The notes under the pieces are model-generated. The model had not been told where the DNA came from, searched no databases, and worked only from the letters and a program-made list of their open reading frames with translations. From the NCBI GenBank assembly GCA_005116945.1, contig SWDH01000002.1, forward strand, positions 44,621 through 68,620: a stretch of DNA of 24,000 nucleotides, written 5' to 3'. Both the position numbers and the translations under genes were made by a program. Each line of letters starts with the position of its first letter. Position 1 is the first letter of the stretch. This DNA is from Nitrospira sp. (GTDB taxonomy: Bacteria > Nitrospirota > Nitrospiria > Nitrospirales > Nitrospiraceae). Below are positions 9,027-16,004 of the stretch, piece after piece.

Positions 9027-9480
9027 GTATGCCTGATCAAGACGCCATCAGGAGAGAGCAATACTTCCCGATCGACTCACCCCGCACGCGTGATCGGGAG
9101 CACCGGGAGAACACTGATCTGAATATATGTACTTGCCGCTGAAAACCGTGGCCTTCACAGCAAGATCATCATGAAATTCATTGAAGACAGTGTTTCAACT
9201 TCGAGGGTGTCCGCATATTCTTTTCTCGAGACGCGCTCCCAAGAACAACGATACGAGAAATGTAAGGAAAATTAGGCTGAAGCGTAGGACAGTTACTAGG
9301 GCCGTAAAATAAATTGCTATTATCAACCTAATGCTCTATGCGTATGCTCAATTGGGGGGGTTTTATATTATCAACAGAAAGGGCAATTAACTCATGATGC
9401 ATCTTCGTGATCGCCAGAGTGAACATTGACCCCCACGAGGTCTACGGTTTTGTGCAACTGACAGTCTGCCAGGGAGAATC

Positions 9481-10917
9481 ATGACAAGCGGCAAGGTCCT
9501 CGTTGTAGAAGATGACGAAGGGATTTGGGAGCTCCTGAAGGCCGCCTTGGAGCCTGAGTTTGAGCTCCTGATCACGTCTGTCCCTGACAAAGCACTGAGT
9601 CTTGTCACACACGAGTTACCCGATCTGGTGTTACTCGATTTGGGCCTCCCACCGGCTCCACGCGACCATAAAATTGGCATCCAACTGCTCAGGAATTTGA
9701 GAAAAGTGGCCCCTCGCATAAAGGTGGTTGTCTGCACAGGCTTGTCCGGGTATGAGGCGGCGAGCCACGCCATCAGCCTTGGCGCCCACGACGTCATCTA
9801 TAAACCCTTTTGTGTTGAAGCCCTCCAAGCCGTCGTGCGAAGAGTCTGTTGGATGGCTCACATCGATCAGCAGCAGGGCCGGAAGGTACCTGAGGATGAG
9901 CTCCTGGAAGAAATGGTCGGAACCAGTCCCGCCATGCGCAAGGTCTTCGAGATGGTCCGGAGGGTCAGCACAACCGACATGCCGGTGTTGATCACGGGGG
10001 AAACGGGAACGGGCAAGGAACTGACGGCCCGAGCAATTCATGACCGGAGCGACCGAAAGACGGGTCCGTTCGTGCCGATCAATTGCGGCGCCATTCCTGA
10101 AACATTACTGGAATCTGAACTCTACGGGCATGAACGGGGGGCCTTTACCGGAGCCCTGCAGCAGAAGAAAGGCAAGTTCGAGGCAGCGGCAGGCGGGACA
10201 TTGTTTCTGGATGAAGTCGGCGATCTCCTTCCCTCGCTCCAGGTCAAATTGCTCCGTTTTCTGCAGGAGGGAACCTTTGAACGGGTCGGCGGTCAGCAGA
10301 CCCTGCACCTCAACATTCGTGTGATCACCGCGACCAACATCGACCTTCAGGCAGCCATCTGTAAGAATATGTTTCGAGAGGACCTCTATTACCGGCTAGG
10401 CATGCTGCATATTCATCTCCCCCCGCTCCGGGAACGTGGCGAAGACACGCTGCTCATGGCGATGGTTTTTCTTAAGAGAGCCGCTGCCTCATCCCATGGA
10501 AAGCGAATACGAGGCTATACCCAAGAAGCCGTCGAAGCCATCCAATCCTACCAGTGGCCGGGCAATGTGCGGGAGTTAGGCAATAGGGTCAGGCGAGCCG
10601 TGGTCATGGCGGAGGGTCAGGAAATTACGCCCCAGGACCTGGGTCTGACCTGCGAGACCCTCCAATCAGCAAACGGTCTCGACTCCCTGAGGGCCGCGCA
10701 CCGCCGGATTGAAATGGAGCTGATCATGAAAGCAATGAGTGTGCATCAAGGGAATTTGAGCCGCGCAGCGCAAGAACTAGAAGTGTGCCGCTCGACGCTC
10801 TATCGAAAAATTCATGAATTCCACCTTGAAGAATTCGTGCTCTCAGCGAACCCTAACCGGTTTCCGCAGCCATTCCCAACTCGTGAGTCCCTCGATAGGA
10901 AGCCCTCAGATAGCTGA
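9481..10917 (+). CDS. sigma-54-dependent response regulator (NtrC/Fis-family enhancer-binding protein)
   Basis: GGGAGA precedes the ATG. The REC domain has VLVVEDDEG, the phospho-acceptor LLDLGLPP (Asp53), VVVCTG and IYKPF. The AAA+ domain has Walker A GETGTGKE, GAFTGA, Walker B LFLDEVG and the ESELFGHE-type ESELYGHERGAFTGA. The C-terminal Fis-type HTH is GNLSRAAQELEVCRSTLYRKI. No histidine kinase gene is present in the window. Confidence 0.92.
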   Translation: MTSGKVLVVEDDEGIWELLKAALEPEFELLITSVPDKALSLVTHELPDLVLLDLGLPPAPRDHKIGIQLLRNLRKVAPRIKVVVCTGLSGYEAASHAISLGAHDVIYKPFCVEALQAVVRRVCWMAHIDQQQGRKVPEDELLEEMVGTSPAMRKVFEMVRRVSTTDMPVLITGETGTGKELTARAIHDRSDRKTGPFVPINCGAIPETLLESELYGHERGAFTGALQQKKGKFEAAAGGTLFLDEVGDLLPSLQVKLLRFLQEGTFERVGGQQTLHLNIRVITATNIDLQAAICKNMFREDLYYRLGMLHIHLPPLRERGEDTLLMAMVFLKRAAASSHGKRIRGYTQEAVEAIQSYQWPGNVRELGNRVRRAVVMAEGQEITPQDLGLTCETLQSANGLDSLRAAHRRIEMELIMKAMSVHQGNLSRAAQELEVCRSTLYRKIHEFHLEEFVLSANPNRFPQPFPTRESLDRKPSDS

Positions 10918-11405
10918 CGCACCATCCGGGGACGGATTCCGTTCTCCAGCCTATGTCGAACCCGTCCTCAGCGTCAGCTTAAAGAAATTTAGGGTTCGCA
11001 TCATCAAAATTCACATCAGATCGTTTGAGTGCCCCCAGCACAATCAACATAGTATTTCGGTACCTTCTCTGTTTCTTCGCTGATCTATGTGGAATCATGG
11101 AAGGGTAGATCTAGCAGGCTCTGATCAAGAGCCAACCTGGATCTGTCTAGAAATGTGACAAAGCATAATGCGCCAGCGATGCTCATCGAGTGTACAAAAG
11201 TCTGGATACCACAGCATATAGTAGGGATTTCACCAACATCTTCTGTATTATCGGCTCACCTACCTTATTTTCCCCAAAATGCGAATGACGCGGCACCCTG
11301 GGACCGTATAGACATTAGACAGTCACGCGCGCTTGCTTCGATTCTCTGCCCTCCATCCCTCTTTTCAGCCAGATAATCCTTTATCTATCAATACCTTTTT
11401 CAATC

Positions 11406-11421
11406 AGGCACGCTAATTGAG
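11406..11421 (+). promoter_or_regulatory. weak candidate sigma-54-like promoter upstream of the repeat-protein operon
   Basis: aGGCACG-ctaa-TTGAg has a good -24 element and correct spacing, but -12 is TTGA rather than TTGC, so the conserved C is lost. No GAATC/GATTC array lies upstream of it. Confidence 0.25.
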
Positions 11422-11928
11422 TACAGCACAACCATGAGGCACGTGGGCGGTGTGGAACGTCGCTGGGAGTGTGGTGGCGGCGGAACTGGCGCGCCGAGCT
11501 TTCCGGCAAATACTGAGCTCGACCATGTCCAGTCAATCCGTCCTTTTGGTTTTCTCAGTTCACAGGGGTTCGGATGTTCCACCAGACAGGGTTCTGGGGA
11601 TCGATATGCCAGCCGGTTCACCAAATGAGAAGAAAAAAGATCGCTCTAAAAACAAGCAGGCAAAAAGTCAGGTCACTCCCGCGGTGCAGCAAGTTCACGT
11701 CGTGCTACGCGTTGACCTATGGGATGACCCCCCAAAGGACAATTCACAGAAAGAGGACGAAAACGATAGTGATGCGTACGTGGGCCATGCATGAGGGCAG
11801 GATCTCTGATGAAAAACTCATATCTAAACAACAGATGAAAGGAGGTGGAGGAGGAGGAATGAGAATGCGACCGAAAGCCAGACCGAGTCATAGCGAAGTG
11901 ATTACGCAACAGAAGAGGAGGAAGAACA

Positions 11929-12774
11929 ATGATTAAGAAAAGTATCATCTTCTCGCTCATGGCCGTGGTAGGCGCGCTGCCTGCCGTCGCGATGGCGGAT
12001 GTCGAAGTGCGAGCGGACGTCAATAAGCGAAAGGACATTCGGATCGTGGAGCGGATCGATATTACCAAACTAGTTCAGATCGATGCACGGGTCAACAGAC
12101 GGGTGCAGAAGGCTGCCGAATCTCAGACGCTCGTGAACCAAACGAATTTCGACAATGAGGTTTGCACCAATTGCGATGAGAAACGAGACATCATTGATAA
12201 TTCCGGAAGCGGAAGTTCTGGTGTCCTGAGCATCAATCAATCGGCGGGCAACATGAACAACCAAGGCAACGCCGTCAGTATCGCCGTCGATGTCCCTGAT
12301 AATGGTGGGCCGAGAATCCCGGGTGACCCTGATGAGGGGTTTGCCGATGCGCAGGCCCATGTGGATCAGAAAAATTTCGGCAACGTCGTCGAGACCGTCA
12401 ACATCCTGTTCCGGGACGCGCTCATTCGAAACTCCATCAACAACAACAGGGGCGTGGCGCATGTGAATCAAGCGCCGGGGAACATGGCTAACCAATCCAA
12501 CGCGTTCTCACTGGCAGTGTCGCTGACTGGTTCAGGCGGCGGCGTAGCTTTGGCGGAAGCCGATCTTGGCCAGGTGAATACAAGGAACATTGTCCGTGAA
12601 TCTGATTCTCAAGGTCGAGACCAGACGGATCCGGGGTTTGTCGGCATCAACAAGCGGGCCGATATCCTGGGATCCATTAATGGCAACACCGGCGTGGTCG
12701 GTGTGAATCAAAGCGCGGGGAACATGGCCAACCAAGCCAACGTAGTGTCGTTCGCATCCGCCGGAGTGAGATAG
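11929..12774 (+). CDS. secreted Asn/Gln/Gly repeat protein, Fap-type amyloid subunit-like (paralogue 1)
   Basis: Strong SD GAGGAGG precedes the ATG. Signal peptide: MIKKSIIFSLMAVVGALPAVAMA. There are three roughly 33-aa repeats at nt 12190-12288, 12421-12519 and 12664-12759. They read IIDNSGSGSSGVLSINQSAGNMNNQGNAVSIAV, LIRNSINNNRGVAHVNQAPGNMANQSNAFSLAV and ILGSINGNTGVVGVNQSAGNMANQANVVSFAS. A single CTNC motif is present. Confidence 0.8.
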   Translation: MIKKSIIFSLMAVVGALPAVAMADVEVRADVNKRKDIRIVERIDITKLVQIDARVNRRVQKAAESQTLVNQTNFDNEVCTNCDEKRDIIDNSGSGSSGVLSINQSAGNMNNQGNAVSIAVDVPDNGGPRIPGDPDEGFADAQAHVDQKNFGNVVETVNILFRDALIRNSINNNRGVAHVNQAPGNMANQSNAFSLAVSLTGSGGGVALAEADLGQVNTRNIVRESDSQGRDQTDPGFVGINKRADILGSINGNTGVVGVNQSAGNMANQANVVSFASAGVR

Positions 12775-12806
12775 GACAGCACTGGTCGCGAAAAGGAGGA
12801 ATAACA

Positions 12807-13673
12807 ATGGATATGCACAGACTGATGGGACGAGTCCTGTTGACCCTGCCGATGGTGGCGATGGCCATACCCATGCCGGCGCAGGCGTCGCTTGACCTGT
12901 TGGCGAGGATTACAAAGGAAAAGGATATCACGGTGACTCAAAGAGTTCAGATTGACAAGAATATCGACATCAGGGTGAGACTTAACGAAGATTATGCTGG
13001 GGCTGCGGAAGCCGATGCTGTAGCGAATCAACTCAACGAGGGTAATACTGTGGCAGGCAATATAGGTAACCAGGTACCTGGCCACGGTCCCTCCTATGGC
13101 ATCAATCGACATGCGCGGATCGCTGATTCGATTAATACGAACCAGGGTATCGTGGGGGTCAACCAAGACGTCGGCAATATGGTCAATCAGGCGAACGTGG
13201 TTGCGGTCGCCCTGACGACTAGCCCAAGCTCGGTCACAAACTCCCAGGCAGAGGCCGACCAGGTGAACAGAAGAAACGATGTGGTGCAGCGTGAGCACCT
13301 GGTACGAGGCCCCGATGGAGTACTTCTTGTGCCTCCAGATCGTAGTGCGACCATCGAGGATTCGGTCAACGGCAACTCCGGGGTTATCGGAGTCAATCAG
13401 AACTCCGGGAATATGAACAATCAACTGAACCAACTTGCCTTAGCGATAGGACAAGGTTCAAAGGTGGCGCTCTCCGAAGCCGCCTTGGGTCAGGTGAATA
13501 CAGGCAATAGGGTCTTAGAGGTTGCAACTATTCGGGAAGATCGAATCAGTGGGTCCGTCAATAATAACAGTGGAATCGTGGGCGTCAATCAGTCCAGCGG
13601 CAACATGAACAACCAGGCTTCCGTGGTCAGCATGGCGGTTCTGACGAGCCGTGTCGCGATTACGACACCGTAG
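12807..13673 (+). CDS. secreted Asn/Gln/Gly repeat protein, Fap-type amyloid subunit-like (paralogue 2)
   Basis: SD AAGGAGGA precedes the ATG. The signal peptide ends PMPAQA. The N-terminal module ITKEKDITVTQRVQIDKNIDIRV is paralogous to VNKRKDIRIVERIDITKLVQIDARV of paralogue 1. The three repeats are IADSINTNQGIVGVNQDVGNMVNQANVVAVAL, IEDSVNGNSGVIGVNQNSGNMNNQLNQLALAI and ISGSVNNNSGIVGVNQSSGNMNNQASVVSMAV. Confidence 0.8.
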   Translation: MDMHRLMGRVLLTLPMVAMAIPMPAQASLDLLARITKEKDITVTQRVQIDKNIDIRVRLNEDYAGAAEADAVANQLNEGNTVAGNIGNQVPGHGPSYGINRHARIADSINTNQGIVGVNQDVGNMVNQANVVAVALTTSPSSVTNSQAEADQVNRRNDVVQREHLVRGPDGVLLVPPDRSATIEDSVNGNSGVIGVNQNSGNMNNQLNQLALAIGQGSKVALSEAALGQVNTGNRVLEVATIREDRISGSVNNNSGIVGVNQSSGNMNNQASVVSMAVLTSRVAITTP

Positions 13674-13701
13674 GCGCGGACTGAGTTCGCTGTATGTCCT
13701 T

Positions 13702-13730
13702 TGCGCGGGGAGCGTGATGCTCCCCGCGCA
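13702..13730 (+). promoter_or_regulatory. intra-operon perfect stem-loop between repeat-protein genes 2 and 3
   Basis: tgcgcggggagc (13702-13713) pairs perfectly with gctccccgcgca (13719-13730) around a 5-nt loop, giving a 12-bp GC-rich stem. It lies 29 nt after the stop of paralogue 2 and 39 nt before the start of paralogue 3. There is no U-tract. Confidence 0.55.
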
Positions 13731-13768
13731 GGGAGGCACAGTACCCTGAAATGGGAGGCACGGTGAAG

Positions 13769-14524
13769 ATGTCAATAATTCTCCAGGGACTGGTGTGGTG
13801 GCTGGTGGGATTGTCGGTGGCCATCGCCCAGGTGCAGGACGGCGAAATAATCGCGCCACAGTCCGACAGCCTTGTTTCCCAAGGTGGGACAGGCGGGTTG
13901 GAGGCAGTCCATGCCGTGGTCAATGCGGCGGGAAGCAGTTCCAGCCAGGCTCTTGTGAGCCAGATTCAAATCGGCAATGTAATGGAAGAAGGACTGACAG
14001 CCAGTCTGGCTATTGTACGGGATTCCTTTCAGAACAATCGAGGAATCATCGGGGCCAATCAAAATTCTGGGAACCTGAACAATCAGGCCAACGTACATGT
14101 GATTGCCCACAACTCAGTCGGCCCGACGATCCAGCTGGAACATGCCGCGATCGAGCAGCGGCTTGAGGAGAACACGATCGTGACCAGCGGCACGGCGCGG
14201 GAAGATCGTATTCAGGACAGTTTTGGCGGAACAGTCGGGATTGTGGGCATCAATCAATCGGCCGGCAATCTCAACAATCAAGCGAATGTCATAGTGATCA
14301 CGCTCGGGATGGGTTCGGAGTTCGTGCCCTTGGAAGATTCGTCGCTGGGTGCGGTGAATTCCGGTAACAAGCTGATCCCGGGTCCACCGGGCCCGAAGTC
14401 GGACGTGATCCTCGATTCCTTCGCCGGGTTTCGCGGGTTGGCGCAGGTATCTCAATCAGCGGGTGATCTGAATTCTGTGAGCAACAAGATGAACATCTCC
14501 TTTTCAGCGATGACGTTGAAGTAG
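13769..14524 (+). CDS. secreted Asn/Gln/Gly repeat protein, Fap-type amyloid subunit-like (paralogue 3, divergent)
   Basis: GGGAGG at 13753-13758 lies 10 nt before the ATG at 13769. Signal: MSIILQGLVWWLVGLSVAIAQ. The repeats are VRDSFQNNRGIIGANQNSGNLNNQANVHVIA, IQDSFGGTVGIVGINQSAGNLNNQANVIVIT and a degenerate ILDSFAGFRGLAQVSQSAGDLNSVSNKMNISF. It lacks the KDI..I..RV N-terminal module of paralogues 1 and 2. Confidence 0.75.
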   Translation: MSIILQGLVWWLVGLSVAIAQVQDGEIIAPQSDSLVSQGGTGGLEAVHAVVNAAGSSSSQALVSQIQIGNVMEEGLTASLAIVRDSFQNNRGIIGANQNSGNLNNQANVHVIAHNSVGPTIQLEHAAIEQRLEENTIVTSGTAREDRIQDSFGGTVGIVGINQSAGNLNNQANVIVITLGMGSEFVPLEDSSLGAVNSGNKLIPGPPGPKSDVILDSFAGFRGLAQVSQSAGDLNSVSNKMNISFSAMTLK

Positions 14525-15234
14525 TGAGGCGCATGATGAAGATGATGAGGATAGGCGTATGGGTGGGAAGCGCGGTGGTGGCGGCCAATGTGGCCTTGCT
14601 TTCCTCTGCATGGGCTTCGTTCCCCTTCCCTCTTCCTGGCGGGACGACCATGGTGACGGCCCCGGTGAAGAGTTTCGTGGAATTGCGCTATAGGAATATG
14701 GTGCGGCAAGCGTATGACATCAGTTGCGGTGCAGCGGCGCTCGCAACCATCCTCGACTATTTTTATGACGAAACCTTCACGGAGCAGTCGGTGATGGACG
14801 ACATGACGCCGCTCGGCGACAAGGACAAGATCGAGAAAGAAGGATTCTCACTACTTGAGATGAAGCATTATGCGGAGAAGCTCGGCTATGTCTCAAACGG
14901 CTACCGGCTGGACGATGTGCAGCGGCTTGCAGAACTGCAAGTTCCGGTGATCGGCTTGGTGAATGCTCGAGGATACAACCACTTTGTCGTGATTAAGGGA
15001 GTCGTTGAGGACAAGGTCTATCTTGCCGATCCAGCCTTTGGGAACAGCACCAGGCCGGTGGACGGGTTCGACCAGGAATGGAACGGGATCATCCTCGTGG
15101 TCTTGCACCCCACAAAGGCAGGCAGCAGCACCTTTGCCATGGATGCGCGACCCTCTGCTCAGATGAATCAGCTCATTCAGATTTTGCCACGGCTCGCTCC
15201 GCCCTTCAACAACCGAGGACCAGGGGAATTTTAA
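14524..15234 (+). CDS. periplasmic stand-alone C39-family cysteine peptidase (FapD-like)
   Basis: The start overlaps the upstream stop (TAGTG); ATG 14533 or 14536 are alternatives. Sec signal: ...VAANVALLSSAWA. The C39 catalytic set is QAYDISCGAAALATIL (Cys68), YNHFVVIKG (His153) and YLADPAFG (Asp169). There is no ABC transporter portion. Confidence 0.85.
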   Translation: MRRMMKMMRIGVWVGSAVVAANVALLSSAWASFPFPLPGGTTMVTAPVKSFVELRYRNMVRQAYDISCGAAALATILDYFYDETFTEQSVMDDMTPLGDKDKIEKEGFSLLEMKHYAEKLGYVSNGYRLDDVQRLAELQVPVIGLVNARGYNHFVVIKGVVEDKVYLADPAFGNSTRPVDGFDQEWNGIILVVLHPTKAGSSTFAMDARPSAQMNQLIQILPRLAPPFNNRGPGEF

Positions 15235-15283
15235 CGTTTAGTCGTCCCATCATCATACGATAATACGAAAGAGGTGGCTTATC

Positions 15284-15760
15284 ATGTGGTCCAAACTCCT
15301 CACGGTCGCAGCACTGAGCTGGATGCTTGTTGTCCCCATTGCCAATGCCGACGGGACGGTCAGTGATCTCGCCCCGGTTGATGAGGATGAGTGGGGAATT
15401 CCACTGACGGACAACGAACTCGCTGACCTGCGAGGTGGATTCAACGGCCTGGCATTCAATATCGCGTTCTCAGGGTTCGTCGACAAGCTGGGCAACGGCT
15501 CCGGCAATCTGACGGTTGGGCAAAATGGGGCCATTGTGCCAGGGGTACCTCCGGACGTCACTGTCAAGGACGGTGAGGTTCGGATCAGTACCGGCATCGG
15601 CAACTTCCAGGGCGCCAACGGCATCTTCCAAATCGCACAGGTGCCGGGGAACTTCAACGTCGTCAACAACAACCTGTACGTGCAGATTGCGCTGATCAAT
15701 CTGATCGACCCGGGGACTCAAGTGCCAAACCTTGCGAGTCTCTTTGGAACACCGCGGTGA
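15284..15760 (+). CDS. small secreted protein with double-glycine-leader-like motif and one degenerate amyloid-type repeat (FapE-position gene)
   Basis: SD GAGGTGG lies 6 nt before the ATG. Sec signal: MWSKLLTVAALSWMLVVPIANA. This is followed by LTDNELADLRGG (nt 15404-15439). The C-terminal GANGIFQIAQVPGNFNVVNNNLYVQIAL (nt 15611-15694) resembles the G..G.NQ.AGN.NNQ.N core of the upstream subunits. Confidence 0.7.
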   Translation: MWSKLLTVAALSWMLVVPIANADGTVSDLAPVDEDEWGIPLTDNELADLRGGFNGLAFNIAFSGFVDKLGNGSGNLTVGQNGAIVPGVPPDVTVKDGEVRISTGIGNFQGANGIFQIAQVPGNFNVVNNNLYVQIALINLIDPGTQVPNLASLFGTPR

Positions 15761-16004
15761 CCGTTCGGCCCTCTAGTATGGTAGACGGTCTAAGCAGCAG
15801 ACAGATTGGCCCAGTCGGGACGGCATTTATTAGAAGTGCTGACTGGGTTTTGCCACGTGCCGACCATTCTCAGCCCCTGTGGGAAGATCAAGCTGTATTG
15901 AGACTATGCTATCGGCGTGGGGTTCTGTGACCATACCGATGGCCACATGCACTCCGAATACGCTAGGATCAGATCCGAGCTGGACATCCCAGCCCAGGTT
16001 TCGT

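Noticed and set aside
9033-11130. Shared 10-mer ctgatcaaga in both long non-coding tracts (9033-9042 and 11121-11130)
   Set aside because: A single 10-nt match between two sites in a 24-kb window is expected by chance many times over. There is no extended similarity around it.
11450-11794. 114-aa ORF as the missing FapA-like first gene of the operon
   Set aside because: It has no signal peptide and no SD. Its composition is charged and low-complexity, and frames 11434..11628 and 11574..11936 overlap it with equally poor products. I kept it only as a possibility under the spacer finding.
12708-13433. 241-aa antisense ORF across repeat-protein gene 2, and similar antisense ORFs 12070..12495, 13772..14110 and 14114..14455
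   Set aside because: These ORFs have no SD and no signal or domain features. They arise because the Asn/Gln/Gly repeat coding is stop-poor on the reverse strand. The plus-strand genes have strong SDs, signal peptides and a conserved repeat grammar.
11929-14524. Curli (CsgA/CsgB) assignment for the Q/N/G repeat proteins
   Set aside because: The repeat looks superficially like the curlin S-x5-Q-x-G-x-G-N-x-A-x3-Q motif. However, no CsgG, CsgE or CsgF genes are present. The accessory set of a C39 peptidase, a small secreted protein and a barrel, in that order, fits the Fap layout instead.
9481-14524. PEP-CTERM/exosortase system, suggested by the PrsR-like DLGLPP receiver
   Set aside because: None of the secreted proteins ends in a PEP-CTERM motif plus TM and Arg tail; the C-termini are ...SFASAGVR, ...RVAITTP and ...SAMTLK. 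No exosortase gene is present in the window.
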